DNA of 64,000 nucleotides from an uncultured bacterium (GCA_963822585.1 CAWGIE010000039.1:1-64000), one strand, 5' to 3'; shown: positions 36,807 to 47,532, counted from the first letter of the stretch. A program made the numbers and translations. Notes: generated from the letters alone by a model not told the origin.

Positions 36807-38993
36807 ATGAAACAATATGCTTTTTTATCCGCTCTCTTATTTCTTCTATGCCTCTCGCCCAGCTGTCTCTGGACCGCCGGCGTGTCCTTGGATTATTCCA
36901 CCTACCTGGGCGGCGCCGGGCATGACAGCTGCACGTCGATTGCCGCCGGCCAAGAAGGGGGACTTTATGTCTTCGGCTGGACCTACTCCAGCAACTTTCC
37001 GGCCGTGAATCCCTATCAATCGACTATCAATCCGGGATACCTTAGCGACGCTTTTATCACCCGTTTCTCCTCTTCCGGCTCTTTTCTTATCTTCTCCACC
37101 TATCTGGGGGGGGGAGGGGATGATTTCGGCCTCGGGGGCGCCGTGAGCGGCTCCGGGGAGGCCGTCATAACCGGTTATACAACGTCACCCGACTTTCCCA
37201 CCAAGAACCCCTATCAGGCTTCCTGGCAGGCCGGTACCATCAATGAACAAGATTCTTTCGTCAGCTTGCTCTCATCATCCGGTTCCGCGCTTGTCTTCTC
37301 CACCTACCTGGGAGGAATGAACCAGGACCAGGGACGAGACGCCGCCCTTGACTCGGCCAACCGGGTCTATGTGACCGGCACCACGTATTCTTCTGACTTC
37401 CCCACTAAAAACGCCTATCAAGCATTCTACAGAGGAGGATACGGAGATATCTTCATCAGCCGTTTCTCCCCGTCCGGTTCTTCTCTCGGTTACTCCACCT
37501 ACCTGGGCGGCAACAGTGCCGATTCGGGTTACGGGATCGATGTCGACTCTTCCGGCAGTGCCTACGTAGTGGGAGTTTCCGTCTCCTCCAACTTCCCGGT
37601 CGTCAGTGCCTATCAATCATCCTGTAGAGGCAGCTACGATGCCGTGGTCGCCAAGCTGACCCAAACCGGTGCCGGCCTCACTTTCTCCACCTTTCTGGGC
37701 GGCACGGGCTGGGAGGGCGGTTATGGTATCTCGGTGGACCGGGATCGGCGGGCCTGCGTGACCGGGGCCACCCTCTCCAACGACTTCCCCATCGTCAACC
37801 CATACCAGGCTTCCCGGAACGGGGGGAGGGATGTATTCACGGCCCGGCTGTCCAGTTCAGGGATTTCCCTTCTCTCTTCCACCTACCTGGGAGGGACGGC
37901 GGATGATGAAGCCAACGCTATCGCCGTCGATGAGGATCTCCGGATGCATCTGGCCGGTTTCACGGAATCAACCGACTTCCCGATCGTGAACCCCTACCAG
38001 TCGACTTCCGGAGGAAATAATGACGCCTTCATGGCCCTCCTCTCCTCGGACGGTTCCTCGATTTACCGTTCCACTTATCTGGGAGGAACGGGTGATGATA
38101 CCGCGACAGGAATCTGCGTGGATTCCCTGGGGCGGACCGGACTGGCCGGGGAAACCAAATCCGCGAATTTTCCCACCCGGAACGCATACCAATCAAGCGC
38201 CGGCGCCGCTATCACCGGATTTGTCAGTTCGCTGCGCGAGCTTCTCCCTCCCAACGATTTTGATGGAGACGGGACATCCGATATCGCCCTTTTCCGGGGG
38301 TCAAGCGGGCTCTGGGCAATCCGGGGGATCAGCCGGGTGTACTTCGGCCACGCCGGCGACGAGCTGATTCCCCGCGATTACAACGGTGACGCCACTACCG
38401 ATATCGCTATCTTTCGTCCCGCTGCCGGCCTCTGGGCAGTGAAGGGGGTCAGCCGGATCTACTTCGGTTCTTCTTCCGATACCCCGGTCCCCGGCGATTA
38501 CAATGGGGACGGGCAGCCGGAATTGGCCATCTTCCGTCCCGCCTCCGGCCTCTGGGCGATCCGGGGGCTGACCCGGACTTATTTCGGCGCCTCCGGCGAC
38601 ACCCCGGTCCCGGCTGACTATCTTGTCGCCGGCGTGAAATCCATCGGTATTTTCCGGGAAAGCACCGGTCTCTGGGCAATCTCTCAGTGGAGCCGGGTAT
38701 ACTTCGGAGGTTCGGGAGACATCCCTATCCCCGTGCGAGAGGGGGGTGTCAGCCCGATCCAAAAGACTGCCCGGCCCTCGATATTCCGTCCTTCGAGCGG
38801 CCTCTGGGCGCAGTGGAGCGGTCCGAGATTGTACTTTGGAAGAAGCGGAGATTTTCCCCTGCTGGGTGACTACACCGGCAGCACGGGCACTAAAATAGGA
38901 ATTTTCCGCCCCGCTTCCTCCGGCCTCTGGGCGATCCGGGAAGTTACCCGGGTCTACTACGGTTCAACCGGCGATATTCCCGTGACGAATTAA
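36807..38993 (+). CDS. Secreted SBBP-repeat beta-propeller protein with C-terminal six-repeat FG-GAP-like module
   Basis: Signal peptide; seven STYLGG..D...G.T.S.DFP..N.YQ repeats; six DYNGDG..IAIFR..GLWAIRG..R.YFG repeats. Confidence 0.88.
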   Translation: MKQYAFLSALLFLLCLSPSCLWTAGVSLDYSTYLGGAGHDSCTSIAAGQEGGLYVFGWTYSSNFPAVNPYQSTINPGYLSDAFITRFSSSGSFLIFSTYLGGGGDDFGLGGAVSGSGEAVITGYTTSPDFPTKNPYQASWQAGTINEQDSFVSLLSSSGSALVFSTYLGGMNQDQGRDAALDSANRVYVTGTTYSSDFPTKNAYQAFYRGGYGDIFISRFSPSGSSLGYSTYLGGNSADSGYGIDVDSSGSAYVVGVSVSSNFPVVSAYQSSCRGSYDAVVAKLTQTGAGLTFSTFLGGTGWEGGYGISVDRDRRACVTGATLSNDFPIVNPYQASRNGGRDVFTARLSSSGISLLSSTYLGGTADDEANAIAVDEDLRMHLAGFTESTDFPIVNPYQSTSGGNNDAFMALLSSDGSSIYRSTYLGGTGDDTATGICVDSLGRTGLAGETKSANFPTRNAYQSSAGAAITGFVSSLRELLPPNDFDGDGTSDIALFRGSSGLWAIRGISRVYFGHAGDELIPRDYNGDATTDIAIFRPAAGLWAVKGVSRIYFGSSSDTPVPGDYNGDGQPELAIFRPASGLWAIRGLTRTYFGASGDTPVPADYLVAGVKSIGIFRESTGLWAISQWSRVYFGGSGDIPIPVREGGVSPIQKTARPSIFRPSSGLWAQWSGPRLYFGRSGDFPLLGDYTGSTGTKIGIFRPASSGLWAIREVTRVYYGSTGDIPVTN

Positions 38994-39053
38994 GAAGTTT
39001 CCGGGCGGACGGGTCTACCATAGCCGTTCTTCTCCGCCCCATAAATTGACGGA

Positions 39054-40391
39054 TCAGGTCCGGGAGAGAAATCGGCCGTAGCCCCCCTCGACCAGAATGC
39101 CGGCGCCGTCCTCGTACACGGTCTTCCCCCGGACGATGGTCCGCACTACCCTTCCCCGCAGTTCCATCCCCTCGAAGGGGGTGATGTGTCCCTTGGAGAG
39201 GAACTGGCTGCCCTTCACCTTCCAGGCGAGTTCCGGGTCGATCAGGACCAGGTCGGCGTCGGTCCCGACCTCGATCGCTCCTTTTTCCGGGAAGAGACCG
39301 TAGAGACGGGCGGCATTTTCGGAGGTCACCTCAACCAGCCGGCGGAGTGAGAGGCGTCCTTTCGCGTAGCCCTCGGAGAAAAGGTAGGGAAGCAGCGTCC
39401 CGCTCCCCGGGATCCCGGCGTAATCGGTCCAGATCGATCCCGTCTCCTTCCCGGCGGCGGGACAGGGCGCGTGGTCGGAGGCGGTGAAATCGATCATCCC
39501 CCGCGCCAGGTAATCCCAGAGAAGTTCTTTATTGCCCGACATCTTGACGGGAGGGGTGGTCTTGAGGGGAGACCCGATCCGGACAAAATCATCGAGGTCA
39601 AACGCGAGGTAATGGGGCGCGGTCTCGCAGGTGGCAGGGGAAGCGGCGATCAGCTCGGCCGCCGTGGCGGTGGAGACGTGAACGATGTGAAGATCGGCGG
39701 CGGTCTCTTCCTGCAGCTCGAGGGCGGAACGGACCGCCAGTATCTCCGCCGCTTCGGGGCGGGAGTGGTAATAATAAACCGGCGTCTTCCCCTCGCCCAT
39801 GAAGAAATCGGTGGCAGCGGCGACATAACTGAGATCCTCGGCATGGAGAAGGATGGTCGCCCCGAATTCCTTCGCCTGCTCCAGGACGGAGCGGAACTGG
39901 AAATGGTTGAGGGAATGAAATACCTCCATCACCGAGATGAAGTACGTTTTAAAACCGAGTACGACCGAAGAGAGATCGCGGAAATTCCCCGGATAACCGG
40001 AAGCCATCGACTGGGGGCAGATCCCGCCGAAGAAACCATAGTCGATGACCGCCTTCTTCTCGACCACACTCAGTTTCTTCTCCAGTGCGACAAGATCAAT
40101 CACCGGGGGGATGGAGGTACAGGGCATGTCGATGACGGTGGTAATCCCGCCCGATGCCGAGCAAGAGCCGCCATGGTAAAAATCCTCCCGATCGGTGAAC
40201 CCGGGATCGTCGAAATGGACGTGGGGATCGATCCCGCCCGGAAGGATCACCAGATCCCGCGCCTCGATGATACTGTCTTCACCGGACAGTCCGGGACCGA
40301 GCTCGACGATCTTCTCCCCCTCGATCCTGATATCGATCCCGGCGAGATCTTCCCGGCCCGGGAGAGCGACCAGGCCATTTTTGATTATCAT
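39054..40391 (-). CDS. Cyclic amidohydrolase, allantoinase/dihydroorotase-like
   Basis: PGGIDPHVH, GGITTVIDMP, GFKTY, HAE, HIVH, ETAPHYL and SDHAP motifs. Confidence 0.85.
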   Translation of the reverse strand: MIIKNGLVALPGREDLAGIDIRIEGEKIVELGPGLSGEDSIIEARDLVILPGGIDPHVHFDDPGFTDREDFYHGGSCSASGGITTVIDMPCTSIPPVIDLVALEKKLSVVEKKAVIDYGFFGGICPQSMASGYPGNFRDLSSVVLGFKTYFISVMEVFHSLNHFQFRSVLEQAKEFGATILLHAEDLSYVAAATDFFMGEGKTPVYYYHSRPEAAEILAVRSALELQEETAADLHIVHVSTATAAELIAASPATCETAPHYLAFDLDDFVRIGSPLKTTPPVKMSGNKELLWDYLARGMIDFTASDHAPCPAAGKETGSIWTDYAGIPGSGTLLPYLFSEGYAKGRLSLRRLVEVTSENAARLYGLFPEKGAIEVGTDADLVLIDPELAWKVKGSQFLSKGHITPFEGMELRGRVVRTIVRGKTVYEDGAGILVEGGYGRFLSRT

Positions 40392-40412
40392 GGTTGCCTC
40401 CGGTTTAAGACA

Positions 40413-40728
40413 GGTAATCAGTGATCAGTAAACAGTAGGTATGCAGTTTTTCGCGCTAACTTCAGGTAACCGCGCCCTTCAGGATGAGCAAAGTTGCGCT
40501 CCGGCAAACCGGAGAGGCTACCATTTTGAGCAGCATTTATTGAAATTCCGAAACGCCGACATAACCTTTACTATTACTATGCTCAGGCAAGTAAAAAAAT
40601 CACGCACTTCACGTATTATACGAATGTATTTTAATATATCCAGGCACTATCGATTCAATGCTTGCACGATCTTATTTTTCCGGAGGAAAAATAAGAACCG
40701 ATTACTGATTACCGATCATTGATTACTG
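40413..40728. repeat. Inverted pair of GTAATCA/GTGATCA heptamer runs enclosing other repeat modules
   Basis: GTAATCAGTGATCAGTAAACAGT ... ATTACTGATTACCGATCATTGATTAC; same unit at 35583-35630. Confidence 0.7.
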
Positions 40729-40733
40729 TCTTT

Positions 40734-41951
40734 TTACTGCTTTTTCCTCCATGGCATATCGGGGACAACGGCCGGCTGCCGGAAGAACGAATCACCGATT
40801 GTTTTGAAGATCCCGGGGGTTTTACGCATGGAGTCGTAGGAGAAAAGCATGATCCCCGAAGCGCCGGCGGCGCGGACATCGGAGATCTGCCGGATAAGGG
40901 CATCGGGATTGTTCTCCAGCAGGTACTGCCCGAGGCCGACATAAACCTGCCGCTTCCCGCGGGCCGCGACCGCTCCCCAGGTGAGATACCGGGCCAGGCG
41001 GGAATCCGTCCCATAATTCATCGGGGCGACGAAATCAACCGATCCCTCGTCAAGCCAGCGGCGCCAATCCTGGAACGCGCTCAGATAAGCCCGATCCGCC
41101 CACGCGATCACGGCCACGGAAAAAGCAAGCGAGGGGTTGATTTGACGGGTCAGAGCGTAAGCGGACTCGACGAACGTGTTCACCTGGTGCCGGCGCCAGT
41201 TATCCCAGGCCTGGCAATTGGAGCGGGTGAGTTCCATCGTCAGCGGATCAAGGCCGGTCCATTCCTTGAAGCGCCGCACGCTCTCCTTGCCGTAGCCGAG
41301 ATCGTTCCGGTTCGCCCAGCGGGATCCGGCATAGGGTGAGTTGAAGGGGTAGCGGGTGAAATCCAGGTGGATCCCGTCCAGACCGGGGTATTTCCGGATC
41401 ACTTCCGCGATAATGTGGCGGAGATAGAGCGACACATTCCCGTCACCGGGATCAAGCCAGTAGCCCCCGTCGGGGAGACAATCGGGCTTGTAGTCGAGGA
41501 GGGAAACGCCCTTTCCGTCCCGGGTCACAATATCCCCTCCAAACCTCCGTAAAATCGGCACCTTCCTATCCGCGCCGATACGGAACATATTCAGCCAGGC
41601 ATGGACCTTCAACCCCGCCTGATGCGCCCGGCCGATCAGGTAGGCCAGAGGATCGATCTTCTCTCTCCCGAGGATATCCCGGTAGGGGGTGGTGTCGGCA
41701 TACCGGGAGTTGAACCAGGCCCGGTCGTGCCGGTACACCTGGACAAAGATTTCGTTGAAACCGGCATCAGCCGCCCTCCGGATCATCTCGTCGATTTTAG
41801 CCCGGGTGGAGAGCGTCTCCTGGCTCCCCTCACATTCAACCCAGAGCCCGCGGGCCTCCGGGGAAGGCGATGCCCCCCGGCAGGAAGGCGCCACCCCGAG
41901 ACCGATCGCGATGGAGATAACGACCACGATCCTGTGCAGATTAACATGCAT
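40734..41951 (-). CDS. Glycoside hydrolase-like 10 family protein (YddW/DUF187-like), exported
   Basis: EARGLWV, FN.IFVQV, DPLA, VHAW, WLDPG, DGIHLD and QDW..W..G.VDF..PM.Y motifs. Confidence 0.85.
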   Translation of the reverse strand: MHVNLHRIVVVISIAIGLGVAPSCRGASPSPEARGLWVECEGSQETLSTRAKIDEMIRRAADAGFNEIFVQVYRHDRAWFNSRYADTTPYRDILGREKIDPLAYLIGRAHQAGLKVHAWLNMFRIGADRKVPILRRFGGDIVTRDGKGVSLLDYKPDCLPDGGYWLDPGDGNVSLYLRHIIAEVIRKYPGLDGIHLDFTRYPFNSPYAGSRWANRNDLGYGKESVRRFKEWTGLDPLTMELTRSNCQAWDNWRRHQVNTFVESAYALTRQINPSLAFSVAVIAWADRAYLSAFQDWRRWLDEGSVDFVAPMNYGTDSRLARYLTWGAVAARGKRQVYVGLGQYLLENNPDALIRQISDVRAAGASGIMLFSYDSMRKTPGIFKTIGDSFFRQPAVVPDMPWRKKQ

Positions 41952-42009
41952 AGGTAAATTGCCCGCATTCCCGGGAGGGGATGCCCGGGGCGAAAGTAGT
42001 GGGGCCGGC

Positions 42010-42198
42010 TTAATACGGGACGCCGAAGTTCGGCTGCTGCTCCCAGGATTCCGGTTCCCCCCAGGGGATGGATGACCCCCCCTCGGGGGTGGAGCAGGAG
42101 GAAACGGCGGCAGCGAGGGCGAGCAGGAAAATCGCCAGAAGTATCAAACCCCCGGTTCCCCTCTTCTTATTATTACTGGCGTGACGGTACTGTTTCAT
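42010..42198 (-). CDS. Small lipoprotein
   Basis: Basic N-terminus, hydrophobic core, VSSC lipobox, short SIPWGEPESWE tail. Confidence 0.6.
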   Translation of the reverse strand: MKQYRHASNNKKRGTGGLILLAIFLLALAAAVSSCSTPEGGSSIPWGEPESWEQQPNFGVPY

Positions 42199-42395
42199 GA
42201 GAGCCGATCCCTGATCGGAAAAACAGTATAGTAACCGGATGAGCCATCTCCGGTCAAGCGGAGATAAAGGAGAAAGTGACCTGAAGAAATGAATTATTAT
42301 AAAATTCATTGCGTCAGGTTTGACAAGCCTTATAATTGCCGTCTTTAATAAAATCTTTAACTTAAAGTTAAATTAATATTTTTCGGAGAAAAAAT

Positions 42396-43964
42396 ATGCT
42401 CAAAGGAATGCGTAAAAGCGCCAAGCAGATACTCTGGCCGCTCATTATAGTATTAACTATCGGCATGGGCGGGTACGGCGTCTGGTATCTTGTTCGTCCC
42501 GAGGTTGCCACCTCCAAAGCCGGGGTCATCTGGGGAAAAGAGGTCACGCTGGAAGAATTTTTCCAGACCGCCCGGGCCGCCCGCGCCGTCGCCGCCCTGG
42601 GCGGCACGGAACTTGAAAGGAAACAAATCTACACCGTCGCCTGGCAGCGTATCCTTTTGACGAGAGAGGCGGCGAAGCTGGGGATCACCGCCACCCGCCA
42701 GGAACTGGCGACTTTCCTGGCCCGGTGGCCGATCTTTCAAATCGGGGGGAAGTTTAACCCCGAGAGGTATCAACGGGTCCTCAATTCACTCGGTCTGGAA
42801 GAGGGGGTCTTTGAAGATCAGGTTCAAAATATCCTGGCCCTTGACAAGATGCGCATGATGATTCAGAACCAGGCGCTGGTCTCGGATGCGGAGATCTCCC
42901 AGACCTACCAACGACTGAACGAGAAAATCCGGGTCGAATACGTACAGGTCGCGCAGGATGAGTTTAACAGCCAGACCGAGATCACCGAGTCCGAACTGAA
43001 CGATTATTACCGGCAGAACATGGCCCGGTTCCAGGTTCAAACCCAGGTCGAGATCCAATACATCCTGATCCCCCGCCAGAGATTCGAGGAAGACGTCCAG
43101 GTCACACCGGAGGAGATCGAGGCCCGCTTTCAGGAAAAGCAGGCCTCATTGGCTGAGGAAACCGGACCCGTTCCGAAATTGCCGGACCTTGAAGAAGAGA
43201 TCCGGGGAGAGCTGGTTTATGAGAAGGCGCAGAAAGGCGCCTCCGCGCTGGCTGACACCATCAACCACTTGCTTGACGAGGCAACCTCCCTGGAGGAACC
43301 GGCCAAGGAGTACGATCTCCCGGTGCGGGACAGCGGCTTATTCGCGGCCGATGAAGCCGTTCCGGGGCTGGGAGATGTCCCGGAGATCAATCGGCAGGCA
43401 TTCTCCATGGAAAAAGGTGAGATTGTCAGCTACCCCGTTCCTGTCCCCGATGGGTTCATCTTCTTCCAGATGACCGGGAGCAAGGGCGCTTCAGTTCTCT
43501 CTTTCGATGAGGCCCGCGCGAAGATCGGCGACATTCTCCGCCGCGAGCGGGCCCGACAGGAAGCCATAACCGCGGCCCGGAATGCCCTGACCGAGGTCAG
43601 GAGGCTGATGACGGACGAAGAATACGACTTCGAATCAGCGGTGGAGGAACAGGGGATGAAAACAGTGACTACCCCATTTTTTACCCGGGATGGATCCGAC
43701 GAAATCCCGGCCGCGGCCCAGTTCGTACAGGCGGCTTTTCTGACGGTGCCGGGCCGGGTGAGCGAACTGGTCCCGACTGAAGAAGGTTTTGACTTCCTTA
43801 CGGTTACCGATCGGAAACCGGCCGGACCGATGCCGAAAGACGAGAAGGAGAAATGGGAGACGGCCACCCGCAGATACAAAGCTACTCTGGTCTATGACGC
43901 CTGGTTCAATAACCTGATCCGGGAATCAAAGTTCTCGATTATCAATAAAGATCTGGCCCCCTGA
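42396..43964 (+). CDS. PpiD/SurA N-terminal-domain periplasmic chaperone
   Basis: MLKGMRK + TM, EA.KLGI, F..GKFN.ERY, VSDAEI, EL.DYY and a degenerate rotamase domain. Confidence 0.85.
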   Translation: MLKGMRKSAKQILWPLIIVLTIGMGGYGVWYLVRPEVATSKAGVIWGKEVTLEEFFQTARAARAVAALGGTELERKQIYTVAWQRILLTREAAKLGITATRQELATFLARWPIFQIGGKFNPERYQRVLNSLGLEEGVFEDQVQNILALDKMRMMIQNQALVSDAEISQTYQRLNEKIRVEYVQVAQDEFNSQTEITESELNDYYRQNMARFQVQTQVEIQYILIPRQRFEEDVQVTPEEIEARFQEKQASLAEETGPVPKLPDLEEEIRGELVYEKAQKGASALADTINHLLDEATSLEEPAKEYDLPVRDSGLFAADEAVPGLGDVPEINRQAFSMEKGEIVSYPVPVPDGFIFFQMTGSKGASVLSFDEARAKIGDILRRERARQEAITAARNALTEVRRLMTDEEYDFESAVEEQGMKTVTTPFFTRDGSDEIPAAAQFVQAAFLTVPGRVSELVPTEEGFDFLTVTDRKPAGPMPKDEKEKWETATRRYKATLVYDAWFNNLIRESKFSIINKDLAP

Positions 43965-44115
43965 TCGGGGGAATTTCGAAATCCGAATTACTAAATCCGA
44001 AAGAAATAAAAAATTTCAAAGCACTAAACAACAGACGACGAGCCGGAAAAGACTATTTTACATTTACTGCTTCGGGATTTCGGGTTTCGACATTCGGATT
44101 TAAGAGCGTACGACT

Positions 44116-45396
44116 TCAGTCGTACGCTCTTTCCGGTTTCGGTTTCCACCTGAGATCGAGATCGGCGTAAATCGGGAAAGCCGCCGTTAATTCCCGCGTC
44201 TCTCCTTTGATCCGGCCGATCGTTTTGTCGTCATCGATCTTTGCCAGCACTTCCCCGATCCAGCGGCCGATCAGTTTCATTTCTTCTTCTTTCATCCCCC
44301 TGGTGGTCACCGCGGGGGTCCCCAGCCGAATGCCGCTGGTCTTGCTGGCGGGGAGGGGGTCGAACGGGATCAGGTTCCGGTTGCAGCAGATACCGGCCCG
44401 GATCATCGCCTCCGCCGCCTGCTTCCCGCTAATGCCTTTGTCCTGAAGATCGACCAGGAGAAGATGGTTGTCCGATCCGCCGGAAACCAGGCGGAACCCC
44501 GCGTTAAGCAGGGTCTCTCCCAGAACCCGGGTGTTACTGAGTATCTGGCGCTGGTATTCTTTGAAGGCCGGCTGATGGGCTTCCTTGAGCGCAACCGCCT
44601 TGGCGGCGATCACGTGCATCAGAGGGCCGCCCTGGATCCCCGGGAAGACACTCCGGTCAATTTGCTTGCCGAACTCCTCCCGGCAAAGGATCATCCCTCC
44701 CCGCGGTCCCCGGAGGGTTTTGTGGTTGGTTACGGTCACGAACTCGGAAACGGGGATGGGATCCGGATGAAGCCCGGCCGCGACGGGGCCCGCAATATGG
44801 GCGATGTCCGCCATCAGGTACGCCCCCACCTGGTCGGCGATTTCCCGGAACCGGTCAAAATGAATCACCCGGGGATAGGCGCTGGCGCCGGCGACGATCA
44901 GGCGCGGGCGATGTTCCCGTGCCAGCCGGGCAGCCAGGTCGTAATCGATCAGCTCGGTATCCGGCTTCACCCCGTAAGAAACGATGTTATAGAGCCGGCC
45001 GGAAAAGTTGATCTTGTGGCCGTGGGTGAGATGGCCGCCGTGGTCGAGATTCATGGCCAGGATAGTGTCGCCCGGCTGGAGAAAGGCGAAGTACACGGCC
45101 ATGTTGGCCTGGCTGCCGGAATGGGGTTGGACATTGGCGTGCTCGGCCCCAAAGAGCCGGCAGGCGCGCTCTATCGCCAGGCTTTCCGCCCGGTCCATCC
45201 ACTCACACCCCCGGTAAAATCTGCGGCCCGGGTAGCCTTCAGCGTATTTGTTGGTGAAGACACTACCGAGCGCGGCAAGAACCGCCGGGCTGGCATAGTT
45301 CTCCGAGGCAATGAGCAGGATCTCCTCCTCCTCCCGCCGCAGCTCGCCGTAGATAGCCTCGGCGATATCCCTGTCAATATTCCACAGGTTCTCCAT
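44116..45396 (-). CDS. glyA: Serine hydroxymethyltransferase
   Basis: [41 protein letters not shown] and SGIRLGTPA motifs. Confidence 0.96.
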   Translation of the reverse strand: MENLWNIDRDIAEAIYGELRREEEEILLIASENYASPAVLAALGSVFTNKYAEGYPGRRFYRGCEWMDRAESLAIERACRLFGAEHANVQPHSGSQANMAVYFAFLQPGDTILAMNLDHGGHLTHGHKINFSGRLYNIVSYGVKPDTELIDYDLAARLAREHRPRLIVAGASAYPRVIHFDRFREIADQVGAYLMADIAHIAGPVAAGLHPDPIPVSEFVTVTNHKTLRGPRGGMILCREEFGKQIDRSVFPGIQGGPLMHVIAAKAVALKEAHQPAFKEYQRQILSNTRVLGETLLNAGFRLVSGGSDNHLLLVDLQDKGISGKQAAEAMIRAGICCNRNLIPFDPLPASKTSGIRLGTPAVTTRGMKEEEMKLIGRWIGEVLAKIDDDKTIGRIKGETRELTAAFPIYADLDLRWKPKPERAYD

Positions 45397-45634
45397 TAAA
45401 ATTTTACTCCATAAAATTTTATTGGTTCCGACTGCGTCGGAATTTTTTTAATTAAATCTAAACTGTATCCCTGATTATTCATGGACACTTTAACTTACTG
45501 TGTCGGAATTCCAATTAAAATTAGGCAAAGATGGAACTAATGCCCCCCTGATCTCCAACACCCCATCACTCCAGTACTCCATTACTCCACATTGTTAACC
45601 GGACCTCGCTAAACTAAGAAAAACGCGGCAACAA

Positions 45635-46255
45635 TTATATTTCTGTTGCCACCCGATGGCCCAGGCAGGATTCGATCTCCTCGCGAGTGACCGGTCCTTC
45701 CCGGAGAAGACGCTCCGGTGAAGAGGTAAGATCAAGAACGGTGGAAGCATCGCCCCCCACCTCTCCCCCGTCGATGATCAGATCGACCAGGCCGTCAAAT
45801 TCACGCCGGGCGACAGCCCCGTTCGTGATCGCCGGCTCGCCGCTGATATTGGCGCTAGTGGCTACGAAATCAATCCCGCTGCGGGCAGCCAGGCTGCGTA
45901 CAAAATCATGATCCGGCATCCGGTAACCGCGGGTTGAGCATCCAGACGCCGTGAGGACCACGGTCAGAGGTCCGGGCCAAAATGTTTCCAGTAACCGGAC
46001 ATGCTCAGGTCCGCCCAGGAAACCCCGGATGTCTTCCAGATCCGCGATCAGCCGAACGAGAGGTTTACCGGGTTTTCTCTTCTTTATCCGGAATATCCTC
46101 TCCACCACCCGGGGATTGGAGCCGTCCCCGCCGATGCCGTAAACAGTCTCCGTGGGAAAGATAACCACCCCTCCCCCGGCCACTATCCGGCTGGCTTCAA
46201 ACAACGTCTCCGGTTCTTCCCCTTGATTTTTGAGCTGAATAAAACGCGTGTTCAA
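45635..46255 (-). CDS. tsaC: L-threonylcarbamoyladenylate synthase (Sua5/YrdC/TsaC)
   Basis: FPTETVYG, K.R..KPL, WPGPLT, TSANISG and STVLD motifs. Confidence 0.92.
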   Translation of the reverse strand: MNTRFIQLKNQGEEPETLFEASRIVAGGGVVIFPTETVYGIGGDGSNPRVVERIFRIKKRKPGKPLVRLIADLEDIRGFLGGPEHVRLLETFWPGPLTVVLTASGCSTRGYRMPDHDFVRSLAARSGIDFVATSANISGEPAITNGAVARREFDGLVDLIIDGGEVGGDASTVLDLTSSPERLLREGPVTREEIESCLGHRVATEI

Positions 46256-46310
46256 TAACGTTTTTCACTCGTTAAATTGCACTCCCCCGATGAAATCGGG
46301 GGAGTGCAAT

Positions 46311-46607
46311 TTAACGAGAGTAGACCTTCACCGGGCCCGACATCTCTTCCCATTTAAAGGTATAAAACGCGTGCGGGCTGTTGTAATCGAGAACCCTGAG
46401 GTCATTTTGTTCTTCGAGTTCCTGGACAACATCAGGGAAACGGGCTCCATAATGCTCACGACAGAGTTCGACCGGCACCTCAAAAGCCGCGTATTTATCT
46501 ATCCCTTTGGATTTCAATTTCTCCACCAAGCCGGGATCATCCAGCGCGGGATAGGTGACAAGAATCAGGATCGGTCCTGATCCGGTAAAAAAAAGACCTG
46601 CTTTCAT
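46311..46607 (-). CDS. Conserved hypothetical cytosolic protein
   Basis: GGAGG RBS; MKAGLFFTGSGPILIL...KGIDKY...DLRVLDY. Confidence 0.7.
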   Translation of the reverse strand: MKAGLFFTGSGPILILVTYPALDDPGLVEKLKSKGIDKYAAFEVPVELCREHYGARFPDVVQELEEQNDLRVLDYNSPHAFYTFKWEEMSGPVKVYSR

Positions 46608-46626
46608 AGCATTTCCTCCCATTATA

Positions 46627-46895
46627 AATTAGCTCGCGCAGTCTACCCCGATAAAATCGGGGCTCGCAAATTTATGTAGGATCGTCCTTCACTCTGTTCA
46701 GGACTTGTAGTAGATGTAGGAAATGTAGTATCGCCTTGCCGGAAGCAAGGCTTGCTGAACCGCAAGCGAAGCGATCCTATAATTCCTACAAAGAATGCCA
46801 AAGGCATTCTGATCCTACAAGCCCTGTCGCAGACCCTGAGCTTGCCGAAGGGAAGCGAAGCGAAAGGACGATACTACACTATCGGATTTCTCTTT
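46627..46895. repeat. Composite GTAG-REP mosaic element, copy B (core inverted relative to copy A; IR 46681-46689 / 46864-46872)
   Basis: Flanks collinear with 8937-9158 while the interior is reverse-complemented; two extra nested hairpins. Confidence 0.85.
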
Positions 46896-46936
46896 ACTTC
46901 AAATTTCGAAACAGCAAGTTCCACACGGAGAAAACA

Positions 46937-47281
46937 TTATTCCTCCACCGGCTTCCGCGGCGTTTCGGCAAGGAATTCTCCATAGATGGAGTAAAAATGA
47001 TTGAAATGGTCCATCTGCTCCGGCTTCAGGTGATTGTTATACTCCTCCGCGGAAAAAATGTAACGGTAAGAATCCACGTACCTGAGCAGAATGTCACGGG
47101 CCCAGGTTATTTTCCGGAACTTCTCGGCAGCGGCCGCCTGTTCCTCCTTGCCGCATCGGTCAGGATGATGCCGGCGGGACAGTTGGCGGTAGGCTTCCCT
47201 GATATCGTCCCGGGTCGCCCGGTCCGGGAGTTCCAATAAATCCCGGGCACGATCGATTACCTCAAATCCGGTCATGGCCAT
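46937..47281 (-). CDS. Small J-domain (DnaJ-like) protein
   Basis: IREAYRQLSRRHHPD..EKFRKI. Confidence 0.85.
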   Translation of the reverse strand: MAMTGFEVIDRARDLLELPDRATRDDIREAYRQLSRRHHPDRCGKEEQAAAAEKFRKITWARDILLRYVDSYRYIFSAEEYNNHLKPEQMDHFNHFYSIYGEFLAETPRKPVEE

Positions 47282-47322
47282 TTATTCTCTTCCCCCTTAC
47301 CCCTTATCCCTTACCCCTAATT

Positions 47323-47532
47323 TTACCACCACGGCCCCCGTTCCCGGTATGTCTCGATGAAGCGCTCGACCGAGCGATCCCCGGTTACTTCGACATCGTC
47401 CGGGAAAAGGCAGCCCGGCAGCTGGCCCATCCTCCAGTGGTATTGGATACATTCGCAGCAGACCCCTTTCCTGCCGCACGGTTCATACGTGCAGTTACAG
47501 AATGATTTATTCCCGTCCGCCTGGCATTCCAT
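47323..47532 (-). CDS. Small Cys-rich protein (DUF6485-like)
   Basis: CNCTY.PC.RKG.CCECI.YH...LPGC.FP pattern; GAGG RBS. Confidence 0.75.
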   Translation of the reverse strand: MECQADGNKSFCNCTYEPCGRKGVCCECIQYHWRMGQLPGCLFPDDVEVTGDRSVERFIETYRERGPWW

